Of a stretch of 64,000 bases of DNA, positions 19,694 to 30,300 are shown in pieces (position 1 is the first letter of the stretch; each line of letters begins with the position of its first letter). The position numbers and the translations under genes were made by a program. Location: NCBI GenBank assembly GCA_019057795.1, contig JAHLWS010000067.1, positions 1 to 64,000 on the forward strand, given 5' to 3'. The notes below the pieces were generated by a model that did not search any database, was not told where the DNA came from, and worked only from the letters and a program-made list of their open reading frames with translations. The DNA is from Promethearchaeota archaeon (GTDB lineage Archaea; Asgardarchaeota; Lokiarchaeia; Sigyniarchaeales; SOKP01).

Positions 19694-20008
19694 TTATCTA
19701 TACATACCTTCAAATTTCTTTTTATCAAATTCTTTAAGCCACTTTTCAGTTAACTCATTAACTGCGTATTTTAAATTCGATGAAATTTGACCTAAACTGA
19801 ATCCATATAACATTGCATATCCTAGTAATTCAGGTAAGACAGTCTCGTGATTTTTTATTGAAAATTCCTTGAAATGATATATATATTTTGAAAAGAATTG
19901 GTTTAATTGTTCCTTGGCGTTTTGGGGGATTTTATCTCTTATCAAAAGAAGAATATTATTAATAAATTGATTTTTAAGGTTTTCAAAATCAATATTAAAT
20001 TCAGACAT
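19694..20008 (-). CDS. Hypothetical protein
   Basis: 104-aa ORF, no recognisable motif. Confidence 0.6.
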   Translation of the reverse strand: MSEFNIDFENLKNQFINNILLLIRDKIPQNAKEQLNQFFSKYIYHFKEFSIKNHETVLPELLGYAMLYGFSLGQISSNLKYAVNELTEKWLKEFDKKKFEGMYR

Positions 20009-20250
20009 ATTTATTAATTTCTATAGTAAATAGTTAAGTTCTTAGGGAGATATGATTTATCAAAAAAAAAAATTTTTTTAAATTAAATTTTTAAGATTAA
20101 ATGTTATATTTTTTGTAAAAGAAATTAAAATGGTAAAAATTAAACATCTCTCATAATGAAGATTAGGAATCTATCGAAAAGAAAAATAATATAAGAAAAT
20201 TTAGAAAAAAAGGTTATCTTTTTGGAGCATTCATCTATTCAAAAGGGGTT

Positions 20251-20739
20251 TCAAAAAGGTTTTTTTTCCAAGTCCAGGGCATCTGGGCTATCATGATTAT
20301 GCATCTCTATTCCCAACCCTATATAAAGTAAACCCATGCCAAATAAGATATAATCGAATAAACCCCCCGTTTCCACATCAAGGTAAGTTATGTTTCCCGA
20401 ATGGGTAGTAACTTGATGAAATCCCTCAATTAATTGTTGTGTAATTGGTGCTAGAAGCCCTCCTAAGAAAAATGTTGTTAAGATCAGTATTCCTGAGAGA
20501 ATGATCATTAGATCCGCTTTCACACATGTATGGTTTTGAAATTGATAGCGAAAAATGATTAATATTCCTGCGATAAAGGTAAGATATGTTGGTGCTTTAA
20601 GGAATCCCCATAAAGTGCCTACATGATTAGATGGAGGTTCAATCTTATAAAATCCCAATGGAAGAATGAGTGCCATACATTGAAACACACCCATTAGAGT
20701 CACAATTCTTTCTGGATTTCTTTTCCCTGTCAATTTCAT
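20251..20739 (-). CDS. Hypothetical membrane protein (about 4 TM)
   Basis: Four hydrophobic segments, GAGGG RBS. Confidence 0.7.
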   Translation of the reverse strand: MKLTGKRNPERIVTLMGVFQCMALILPLGFYKIEPPSNHVGTLWGFLKAPTYLTFIAGILIIFRYQFQNHTCVKADLMIILSGILILTTFFLGGLLAPITQQLIEGFHQVTTHSGNITYLDVETGGLFDYILFGMGLLYIGLGIEMHNHDSPDALDLEKKPF

Positions 20740-20999
20740 TTGTCCCTCATATAATTTATTTAATTCTAAATATCTTTGTAGTAAATATTATACCATCTCT
20801 ATAAATGAACTTTCAAAATCTGGCATGATACTTCATATTTTAAAACGATTTTAATGTTAAGATTTCCCGTAATAATAATATTTATTGAATTTATTTAATG
20901 TACAAATAACTTAACATTTAGTCATTTTTAATAAATAATCCTTTTTTTTTCTCATTAATCGCTTTCTCTCTCTGGTGTCCCACCTTGGTGCACTCCTAA

Positions 21000-21611
21000 T
21001 TAATTAGTGGATTTACTAAACTTAACTTTTTTTTCCTTAAATAGAATAACTGAATGGTCAGCTTTCCAAGAAACTGTATCAAACTCAACAATAATGATCT
21101 CTTCGCCCCCTTTCCCGTTCCAGTTGTTTATATCTTTCTTACGCTTATCTATGGATCTTTTGGTACCTAATATAACTTCAATACCATTAGAATATTTCAA
21201 ACGTGCATGAGTCTTAAACAATACTAGTTTTTTAAGATCTTCTTTTATATCATTCTTTGATCTGGTAGCTAACTTAAATTCAATAACAGCGAGATTATTA
21301 TCTGAATCTGGTGAGTGAATAATGAAATCTGGCGACTTCCCCTTCTTAAAATAATGTTGATATGTCTTATCCACTTCTGCTTGAATTATTGGTCCATCAA
21401 AATCCACATCACCATTTTGCATTAATTTTCGAAATTGTTGGTAAAACTCATAAGCGAAAGGTCTTTCTAAATGTTTGTCTTTAGATTTATCTTCAATAAT
21501 AGGTTTTCGTTTTTTTTTTTTATTATAATCTATTTGTGACAATCTACAAGTATTTTTATCCATATTATCAAGAGCTAATTTAATAGCTTCAACAACTTCT
21601 TTAATTACCAT
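21000..21611 (-). CDS. Small PD-(D/E)xK restriction-endonuclease-like protein
   Basis: ERPFAYEFY...AEVDK...SPDFIIH...LAVIEFK...DLKKL. Confidence 0.75.
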   Translation of the reverse strand: MVIKEVVEAIKLALDNMDKNTCRLSQIDYNKKKKRKPIIEDKSKDKHLERPFAYEFYQQFRKLMQNGDVDFDGPIIQAEVDKTYQHYFKKGKSPDFIIHSPDSDNNLAVIEFKLATRSKNDIKEDLKKLVLFKTHARLKYSNGIEVILGTKRSIDKRKKDINNWNGKGGEEIIIVEFDTVSWKADHSVILFKEKKVKFSKSTN

Positions 21612-22066
21612 TGGTTAACATCTCGAGTATATTTATAATGTATATTTTTGTCTTAATTTATAATAAACATAACAGAATATATCTTTTTCCCCCATTTTCT
21701 TCAATAATTGTTCTTTCGCTTCCCGTGTTACCCATCTAAATTACATATTCTTTATATCAGTTTATGTCTCATTTTATTATTAAAATTTAAAAACATTTCT
21801 AGAGTAGTTAAGTATATCTTAATATCAATTCTCTCCCCCGTGGTGCCCCCTCCTAAAAAATTAGGTTTAGAACGATCTCATTAATAAAGAATAGATTAAA
21901 ACATTAATAACCACTTTCGAATCTCTCAAGTATCGCTAAAACTATTAAATATATAATTCCTAATCTTGGACGGGATAAAGACAAGGAGAATATAGTTCAA
22001 TATAATCCTGAGGAAGATAATGATTCTGAACAAATCTTTTTATACAAAAAGATCTAAATAATATAT

Positions 22067-22603
22067 ATGCCAAAAATTGATTTGGACAAATATCCAAAAA
22101 TTGCTCAAATGCATGCATCAGCAGGTTGCATCCCCGTTAATATTGAAAATGCTCTGAAATATAATGGTGAAAAAGACTATGATGAGCTAAAATTATTATT
22201 TTTTTGCCAAACTAGAAATATACCATTAGGTTTTAAAGAATTTGGTCCCGAACTAGCTAAAATCTTGAAAGGATTTAAAATTATTTTCAAAAATATTGAC
22301 GATTTTAATCACTCGATTGAGAAAGTTGTGGAGTATATTAAATCAAATATAGATGAAAAAATACCTGTATTGGTTTCCTTCAAACAAGTAATAAAAGTTC
22401 CAATTATGGAGAAGAATAACCCTAAACCTATAGGATGGCAAGAAGCTGAAGTTGCTCATATCAGAACAGCAATCGAATATAATGATTCTGAGTTATTCTT
22501 TTTTGATCCAGGAGATTGTGAAACGAAAAAGTATAGCTATTTAACTGATGAGTTTTCCAACATTATTAAGGGAGATTATCACACCTTAGTTATCAAAAGA
22601 TAA
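22067..22603 (+). CDS. Peptidase C39-like (papain-fold) protein
   Basis: Q...AGCIP (Cys), IPVLV, AHIRTAIEY (His), FFDPG (Asp). Confidence 0.65.
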   Translation: MPKIDLDKYPKIAQMHASAGCIPVNIENALKYNGEKDYDELKLLFFCQTRNIPLGFKEFGPELAKILKGFKIIFKNIDDFNHSIEKVVEYIKSNIDEKIPVLVSFKQVIKVPIMEKNNPKPIGWQEAEVAHIRTAIEYNDSELFFFDPGDCETKKYSYLTDEFSNIIKGDYHTLVIKR

Positions 22604-23076
22604 GATGAATGAAAATTGTTTATTTAATATCTTTTTTTTTATTTAATACTGAAAATAGGTCTACAGTATTCTTTCATTTCTTTTAGGAGGTCTGATGAGG
22701 GAAAAAATTTGTCCGTATCATAAAGTATAATTAATGAATTGAGAACTACAATGAATTTGTGATTTAAGATTTTAAACTCATCTTGAATCCTTACAAGATT
22801 TATGTTATATCATTGTAAGATAATTAAGTTTGAAATCATAATTCAATGATAATTTTGTATTTATAATAAAAAAAAATGAATCTAGTAATCAATAAATAAG
22901 ATACATTATTAATTGAATATTTAGATTATTTAAGAGATATTAGCTATAAACTTCAACACCTAGATGCTAGAGTCAAGCAATCCGAAGCAGAAATGCTATT
23001 TCATAATACAATAAATATTATTAATATCCTTTATTTATAGACTACATTAATGATCATCTTCTTATCAAGATCTGCT

Positions 23077-26000
23077 TCATTTAATTTCTTTTAATGAATC
23101 TGGGATTGAACAATTTGGAGCTACCTTAATAATGTAAAATTTTGGATTTAATAAAGTTAAATAATCATCTAATGAAATCTCAATCTCCTTATCTGTATAG
23201 ATTCTTAAATCAACGTTATTTTCATTAAATTTTTTAAGATCTTCTGGTAAAATTCTTAATTCTGGAAGCTCAACCCATAAATGTGTTAAATTGGATAACT
23301 CATGGAGGAAATCTGGAAATTTGCAATTAGGTTTTACCTTAATCTTGAAAGTACAAATATCTTTTGGATTCCAAAAATCATTTGAAAATTCAATAAATTT
23401 ATCTGTTATGATCAATTGCTGTATTTGTTTGAAATGCATTAAATCTCTTGGTATTTGTTCAATAAACTCCATATTTACCTCAAGATAAATTAAATTTTTA
23501 CATTCCTTAACAAAATAGGGAAAAAAATTATTGTTATCAATTCTTACATATGTAATTTTATCGAAATTACTCTCTAATAAATCAAAAAATCTACTTATTC
23601 TTGAACCTGAAACCCTTAAATGAGTAATGTTTTGAGTATTTGAAAATTGTATAGGTTTTCTATGCAAGATCGAAATTTCCATACGATTATTTTTATTATC
23701 TTCCCAAAAATTTTCTTGGAAATCTTGAGAACCCCCGAATGAAATGTGTAGACACTTTACTTTTGGAAGATTTTTAATTAATTCTGGAATTTTATCTAAT
23801 GGAGGATTTATCCAACGTATGTATGATAAATTTTTAAGATTCTCCCATGATTTTGGTAAGTCTTTTGCTGCTATATCATTTATTTGAAGATGTGTTAAAT
23901 TTTCTAATTTATTAAGCGATTCACTTAATATGCATCTTTCATTTACTCTAAGTTCTAATCTAAATTTAGTTTCTTTGATTCCAAATTCTCCAGTTAATTT
24001 ACTTAATTCTTTAGATGTTATTAAAGTTTGATTAAATTGAGTCAAATTTCCAAGAAAATTTGGTAATTCTGTCAACTGAGAAAGAGAAATTCGAAGATGT
24101 GTTAACTTTTGCATGTAAATCTTATTTTTAGGGAATTTACAATCCTTTCTTACTCTTATCATAAAGTTCCCCTTATTATCATCATCAAGAAAATTTTCTA
24201 TAGGTGAAGGTAATTCTTTTTCTGTTATATATATCTTTTTAATATGAGATGAGGTAAATACCCATTCTTTTAAATCATTAATAGCAAGGTGATCTATTCT
24301 GAGGTTAATTAAATTTTTAAAATCATTTACTATATTCGGTAAAATAGTTTGGCCTCTTGAAAATCCGAATAAATATATTCCTTTCCCAGAAATCTTCCAA
24401 AAGTTTAATTTTTTAAAAAATTCTTTTGTAAGATTTTCTTGATTGGTGATTAGAAGCTTTTTTAATCTGCCATTAATTGATACATTTTTTGGGAATCTAG
24501 TAAGAACCTTAATCCATACTTTTTTAATATGAGAAGGAATAGTTAACTCATTTAATATGAATTGTGTATGGAGGTTAACTAGTACTCGAGAACTATCTAA
24601 TTGGTATTGATCCATATAATCATTGATATCTTCTAGATTTTGAGATATATTAATTAAAATGTTCTGAAACATTTCCCACTTAAATACAATATCCGGTAAG
24701 ATATTTGAGAATTGAGAATTGATGATTATCTCACTTAGTTTAGAGCAAGATTTTAAACTTTCAGGAAAATTAAATTTAAAGAAATTTTCTATATAAATTG
24801 ATTCAAGATTCTTTAATAAAGAAATTGATTCATGCAGATTCAGTACAAATTGATGACCTTTTACTAGAATATCAATTATTTTTAAATTTTTAATTGTAGA
24901 GTTTTTCCCAAATTTAATTAATTCTCCCTTAAGTTCTAAAGATTCTAATTCTTCTAAGGACCAAAATAGATCTTTAAATTCAAAATAGTTTTGCATTTCA
25001 AATATATTCAATAAACCCTTTGGTATTTTTAATGTTAAAGAACTAATATACTCATTAGAATTTGTAATCCCATAAGCAAATTCACCAGAATAATCTTTTA
25101 AATGATTTAAATAATCAATAACAACAGCATCCTTAATTTTTAAATTAATTTTTTCTAGTTTTGGTGTTAATTGTCCTTTAATTTCTATTCTATCATCTAC
25201 CATTAGTAAATTATCGTCAATATAATCAATAGATGGTAAAGTTTGCTTTTTTGGATGAAATGAAATATAAGTATTTTTCAATAAATTGACAAATTTAAGA
25301 TCCTTGAATTCATGCCACCATGAGTTAATTGATTTTATATTGTTGTTTTGAATATTCATTCTATATAATCTGTCTAATTTTGTTAATGTATCTGGAAGTT
25401 CTTTTAATTCATTATATCCTAAATTTAGAATTTCTAAATTTTTTAATCTACCAATATCTTTAGGTAGTTTTGGTAATTCATTATCTTGAAGATCTAATTT
25501 CTTTAAACCTATTAATTTATAAACCCCTTTGGGAATACTTTTTGTTTTCATATGATCTAAATATAATTCCGATACACGATCATTAATATCAATCACATAA
25601 CCTTGATGTCTCTTCAATTCTTCGAAATCTGAAAGATTTCTTAATCTATGATTTCCGATTTCAAATTCAATTTCTTCTAATGAATTTGCATCGGATTTAC
25701 AAATTTCAAATTCCTGAAATCTTTGTTTCAATTTAGAACTATAGTGTTCAATAAAACCTTGATATTCTTCTTGAAAGTAATACTTAAATTGAGTCTTTGT
25801 TTTATCTATTTTTATAATACCACTAGAATAAATTACATCCCAACTTCCTTTTCTGTCATGTTTAAATTTACTAAGCTCATTATCAAGAATGGGAGTATAA
25901 GGATCAGCAATAATACTAACTAAATCTTTGAAATCATTTTCTACAGTACCCACAATTCCCATTCTATTTAAAATAGTATTTTCATTTTGGCGACTTTCGA

Positions 26001-27957
26001 AAAGATTATACCACTCATCTTCAGTTGGATTGAATTTTTTTTCGACTATATATACATTACTTTCAAATATTATTCTAATTATAAAAGGTTTCATCAATAA
26101 TCTCTTTACAAGTTTATCCTTAACCTTTTCATAATTTATCCCATAATTTTCATTGATCTTTTTTAATCGTGCTAAATCTTTAATATCTGAAAGAATATAA
26201 CTTGTACCAGTAGGAATATCATTATCTTCAAAGTTATTGAATTTATCATTTTGAAAAATATACCGTTTATATTGTCTATAATTTCTGATTATTTCTTTAG
26301 TATTTATCCAATCTACTAATCTTGATGTTAATAATATAATTAGGTGCTCATAGTTCTTTTCTAAATCAATCAAATCACAGAGATTATTTAGGAAATCTCC
26401 TCTCTCATCTTCAGTTAATTCCTCAAAACCGTCAAAGATTAGAAAGAGATCTCTTTTTTTTCTCTCATTAAATGCAAGTAATTTAGGTATTTTGCAAGAA
26501 TCTTTATTAAATCCTCCTAATATATTTTCAAACCGATCTTCATATGAGCGAAGATGAAAATAAAAAGTTGGGATTTTCTTCTGCTTGATATATTCAAATG
26601 CGAGATATGATGCATTCCATGTTTTTCCCAATCCCATATGCCCTAATAATAAGAAAATTCTATTTTTTCCTTGGGGATTCTTAAGGGTTCTAAAAAAATT
26701 TTCAAAAATATTTTCAAGATCTGGGTCTTTTTCAAATAGATCTAGATTGAATCTAGTTTCGAACCTTGAAGCAAGATCTACTAATTCTAACTGTTGTAAA
26801 CAATAATTAAGTAAAACATCATCTTCAAATTCAATTATTTCATTATGATTTTTCGCTCTTAATCTCCATAAAGGTATCTTAAAATTTTCAATAGTAAAAT
26901 CAAGCTGACTCCTCCAATCTATGCTTTTTGTGTTTAAATTCCCTAATTTCGAAATCAGGCGTGAACTTATAACTTCAAAAAATGAAGGATTTTTTTCATA
27001 ATAGCCCTTAAGTAAACTTAATGTTTGAAATAATTTATCAAAAATTTTTTCTTTTTGAATAGTATTATCTTCATAAAAATTAACTATCTCTGCTATAATT
27101 TGCGATACAATTTCTCTTAGTTCAGTAAGGCGGACTTTTTTAATTATTTCTTTTCTATTTGAGTCTTTTATCTTAATTTGAAGGAACTTGTCTAAATATT
27201 TATATAAGTTATTAATAAAAAGTATTTTATTATCTAAATTCAATGTGACTATGAAAATTATTGCCCATTCTACAGTATCTCGTAAATTTTTATCAAATTC
27301 TTCAAGAAATACTTGTTCTAAATTTATATTAAGAAAATCTTCTAATCCATTCTCAATTGTATTTGAATCCTTACAAAATAACTGATAATCATCTTCACCT
27401 ATATTACTCTGTAATTTAATCTTTCTTATAGCACTTTTATATGCATTTTCAATTTTATTATTATTGCAAAAAACTTCATAAAAACCTTCTGAAAATGTGA
27501 TTGCGTGATTATCATAAATTTTCCGTTTGGTTCCCACCGAGCAAGGCAAAAATTCAGAGACTTTCTTGGCAATCTTTAAAGATTCACAAGAATTAAAAAT
27601 TACAATTTTAATATTATTTTTAAAATTTTTGAGGACATCAACAGTGTCTTCCAAAAGAAACTTAGAGTCATAAATTTCCTTAAAATGAACATCATCTTCA
27701 AAATAAAATCCACTGGATAATTCACCATGTCCAGCAAAATGGATCATTTGAGGTTGATATCGTGAGATATATTCAAAAAATTCATTTCTTTCGGTGGCAA
27801 AAGCAGGTTCAAGATGAATAAATTCACGAAATGGTGACTTTTCTATTATTTTCTTAATTATCTTGAATTCTTTATCAATTCGAGTCTTAATCGTACTTTC
27901 TTTGAAATTTGCCGAAAGAAATAAAATGGTAAATTTCTTCTTTCTTAATGCCAACAT
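23077..27957 (-). CDS. CHAT (caspase-like) protease - STAND/NACHT-like NTPase - leucine-rich repeat protein
   Basis: ILFLSAN, IHFAGHG and IFNSCES (His/Cys dyad). Walker A GHMGLGKT, Walker B LIFDGFEE, sensor LLTSR. LRRs such as LKKLDLQDNELPKLPKDIGRLKNLEILNLGYNELKELP. Confidence 0.88.
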   Translation of the reverse strand: MLALRKKKFTILFLSANFKESTIKTRIDKEFKIIKKIIEKSPFREFIHLEPAFATERNEFFEYISRYQPQMIHFAGHGELSSGFYFEDDVHFKEIYDSKFLLEDTVDVLKNFKNNIKIVIFNSCESLKIAKKVSEFLPCSVGTKRKIYDNHAITFSEGFYEVFCNNNKIENAYKSAIRKIKLQSNIGEDDYQLFCKDSNTIENGLEDFLNINLEQVFLEEFDKNLRDTVEWAIIFIVTLNLDNKILFINNLYKYLDKFLQIKIKDSNRKEIIKKVRLTELREIVSQIIAEIVNFYEDNTIQKEKIFDKLFQTLSLLKGYYEKNPSFFEVISSRLISKLGNLNTKSIDWRSQLDFTIENFKIPLWRLRAKNHNEIIEFEDDVLLNYCLQQLELVDLASRFETRFNLDLFEKDPDLENIFENFFRTLKNPQGKNRIFLLLGHMGLGKTWNASYLAFEYIKQKKIPTFYFHLRSYEDRFENILGGFNKDSCKIPKLLAFNERKKRDLFLIFDGFEELTEDERGDFLNNLCDLIDLEKNYEHLIILLTSRLVDWINTKEIIRNYRQYKRYIFQNDKFNNFEDNDIPTGTSYILSDIKDLARLKKINENYGINYEKVKDKLVKRLLMKPFIIRIIFESNVYIVEKKFNPTEDEWYNLFESRQNENTILNRMGIVGTVENDFKDLVSIIADPYTPILDNELSKFKHDRKGSWDVIYSSGIIKIDKTKTQFKYYFQEEYQGFIEHYSSKLKQRFQEFEICKSDANSLEEIEFEIGNHRLRNLSDFEELKRHQGYVIDINDRVSELYLDHMKTKSIPKGVYKLIGLKKLDLQDNELPKLPKDIGRLKNLEILNLGYNELKELPDTLTKLDRLYRMNIQNNNIKSINSWWHEFKDLKFVNLLKNTYISFHPKKQTLPSIDYIDDNLLMVDDRIEIKGQLTPKLEKINLKIKDAVVIDYLNHLKDYSGEFAYGITNSNEYISSLTLKIPKGLLNIFEMQNYFEFKDLFWSLEELESLELKGELIKFGKNSTIKNLKIIDILVKGHQFVLNLHESISLLKNLESIYIENFFKFNFPESLKSCSKLSEIIINSQFSNILPDIVFKWEMFQNILINISQNLEDINDYMDQYQLDSSRVLVNLHTQFILNELTIPSHIKKVWIKVLTRFPKNVSINGRLKKLLITNQENLTKEFFKKLNFWKISGKGIYLFGFSRGQTILPNIVNDFKNLINLRIDHLAINDLKEWVFTSSHIKKIYITEKELPSPIENFLDDDNKGNFMIRVRKDCKFPKNKIYMQKLTHLRISLSQLTELPNFLGNLTQFNQTLITSKELSKLTGEFGIKETKFRLELRVNERCILSESLNKLENLTHLQINDIAAKDLPKSWENLKNLSYIRWINPPLDKIPELIKNLPKVKCLHISFGGSQDFQENFWEDNKNNRMEISILHRKPIQFSNTQNITHLRVSGSRISRFFDLLESNFDKITYVRIDNNNFFPYFVKECKNLIYLEVNMEFIEQIPRDLMHFKQIQQLIITDKFIEFSNDFWNPKDICTFKIKVKPNCKFPDFLHELSNLTHLWVELPELRILPEDLKKFNENNVDLRIYTDKEIEISLDDYLTLLNPKFYIIKVAPNCSIPDSLKEIK

Positions 27958-28326
27958 TTTAATGATTTTTACATAAATAATTGAATGTAATCGACATTAA
28001 TAAAATTCTAATAAATGTTTCTTATGTCTTTTGATTTTGAATTTCATTTATTAAAAATAATAATGACAATTTGCTTTATTATATTAAATGATAATCTAAC
28101 CTTATATATATTTAATTTTTAGAGGGAATTCATAGTTAATTTTTCTCTTTAATCGTTTTTAATAACGAACACATTATTCCTTTTTCAATTTTTCCTCAAT
28201 AAATTTTAATCTAGGACAATGATGAACATCAGAAGCATAATCGCATTTTGGAAAAGAAATTTTTTCCGAGTCCTCAATTATTATCATGGGATTAAAACAA
28301 ATATATGTATGGATAGAAGTAGGTCT

Positions 28327-29655
28327 TTATACATCTAATTCTACTTTCTTTGAAAGGAATAACTCCCCAGTTCTTAATTTTACAAATGCTTGTATTTTAT
28401 ATGGAGGTTTTACTTCTTCTGCATCTAAAAAATGAGTAAGTTGCATTTTATTAATCCTATGAAAAAATGATTTGGTGGGTTTTAAAAAATCATTTAGATT
28501 TTCATCAAGTTTAATATCAGAATTTATGTATATTCCAAATCTCCCCACTTCAAAAGGATAATTTCCAGTATTTTTAAATGCCAATTCTAAAAAATCCAAC
28601 AGTGATAAATGCATAGGTTCTAAAAAAGGAGAGGTTTTCAACATTTGTCTATATCCTTTTAGAGTTATCTCACAAAAAGGAATCTCTCTTGGAATTTTTA
28701 GCTCATAACCATAAATAGAGAGGATATAATCTTTTAATTCCGTTAAAATTTCTACTATATGGCTGAAATTAGAATATAACAGTTTTTTACCTTCTTTTTG
28801 AATTTGGATTCTCGTACCTTCCATATATGAACTTGTCATGATAATATATTTTTCTCCAATGATGTCAATTTTATTAGAAAATCCTTTTCTTTTTTGAAAA
28901 ATTTCTATACCAAAATAGATTTTCTCTTCAGAAAATCGCAAATCTTGTAATATTTGTTTTATCTCATCCACAGAGAGTCGATTTTTTGAAAGCTTGGATA
29001 AAAAGATTGCGAAACGATTGAAATAAGCTTGTAATTTAACATGTTGAGCTTCTGAAATAGAATCTCTAGGGTACGAAGAGCTTGTATCCTCTTTCCATTT
29101 GAGCTTGACTTGATTCAAGATTTCTTCGGCATAAGAGTAATTCTCAATCCATCGTATCTTTCTCTTGCCTTCTTTCTTAAGATGTTGTAGTCGTTCTATG
29201 AACTCATATAGTCCCATTTGAGCTTTATATCCTAAATTAGAAAAATTTTCCTCTAAATAACCCTCATCATGTTTTCTGTGTTTATGATACATTCCTGCTT
29301 GTGTAAAGGTATTCCGGTAAATGAATATCAAGATAGGTATATTTTCACGATGAGCTGTCATGAATTCTTCTTCGGTTATTGAATATTTATAGGAACCATC
29401 AGGATATGTCTCGGAAGTATTATAAGGAATGCCATATCTCTCTTTCAAAACTAATATAAATCTATCGCATTTCTTTACATTTTCCAAGCATGTATCAAAT
29501 GTATCCTCGTTTTCAACATCAAATCGTTTATGAAACCAAATAGGTTCATACTCTAATTCTGGTAATCGGCTTTCTAGGTGTTCTAATACATCCTTTACAT
29601 CATCAGTACCTGCAAGAAAAACACATTCTTTTCTTTTTCTAGAATCATTCATCAT
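28327..29655 (-). CDS. DUF4062 (TIR-like) domain protein with unknown C-terminal half
   Basis: VFLAGT, CLENVKKCDRFILVLKERYG, SITEEEFMTA...IPILIF. Confidence 0.82.
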   Translation of the reverse strand: MMNDSRKRKECVFLAGTDDVKDVLEHLESRLPELEYEPIWFHKRFDVENEDTFDTCLENVKKCDRFILVLKERYGIPYNTSETYPDGSYKYSITEEEFMTAHRENIPILIFIYRNTFTQAGMYHKHRKHDEGYLEENFSNLGYKAQMGLYEFIERLQHLKKEGKRKIRWIENYSYAEEILNQVKLKWKEDTSSSYPRDSISEAQHVKLQAYFNRFAIFLSKLSKNRLSVDEIKQILQDLRFSEEKIYFGIEIFQKRKGFSNKIDIIGEKYIIMTSSYMEGTRIQIQKEGKKLLYSNFSHIVEILTELKDYILSIYGYELKIPREIPFCEITLKGYRQMLKTSPFLEPMHLSLLDFLELAFKNTGNYPFEVGRFGIYINSDIKLDENLNDFLKPTKSFFHRINKMQLTHFLDAEEVKPPYKIQAFVKLRTGELFLSKKVELDV

Positions 29656-29966
29656 TAGAACATAGAATTCTTGAATTTAACTTATCTTTAAATTGCATAT
29701 AAAATAAATTAGGAATATATAAACACTAATATATATCTATTGAAGTATTTTTTTTTTTAATCTTTATAAATTAGTAGGTATTTCAATGCTTCACACTACT
29801 ATGAAGTTATATTTTTAATTATTTTTAAGGGTATTAATATTGGTTTCAACTTAATATTCTGGAAATGAAAATTAGTTTAATCAACAATTCTCTCTAAAAA
29901 TATCGATTATCCCATTTATATTCTTAGTTATTTCCCTGATATTTTTAGAAACTGCATAGATTAATG

Positions 29967-30300
29967 TTATTCCAGTGATGACCATTCCAATTCCATATAA
30001 AAATTTTGAAGAATCGATTTGAGGTAATCGATTCCAAGTCGATTTTCAGGAAAACGAGGAATGATATCCTTTATATTATTAAACAGATAAGAATATCTTG
30101 GTTGTTTTTGTGCTTTTCCTGCTTTTTCTCTTTGGTTTTTTTTATAAATAGTTAAATTTTCTTTAAATTTCTTCGCATGACCATCTGTAGCAAGTACAAT
30201 AATCCAGTTGTCTCCTTCTTTTTCTAAGATTTCGATGCCACTATTTTTTAAAGAATCCTCATTTACTTCAAATAGATCATTACCTTTTAACTCTTGTTCA
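29967..30300 (-). pseudogene. Foreign gene fragment fused in frame to the polyferredoxin 5' remnant; possibly N-terminal region of an IetS-like S8 peptidase
   Basis: LKNSGIEIL...IIVLATD...FKENLTIY...PRYSYLFNNIKDI...PENRLG resembles, from memory, defence-associated S8 protease N-termini. No catalytic domain follows. Confidence 0.35.

Larger units (their letters stand above)
13037..30299. mobile_element. Composite island inside the polyferredoxin gene (two nuclease elements plus defence cargo); no integrase or transposase seen
   Basis: Bounded by the 5' and 3' remnants of one gene. Very AT-rich, with long intergenic gaps and nuclease/defence genes. Confidence 0.75.
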
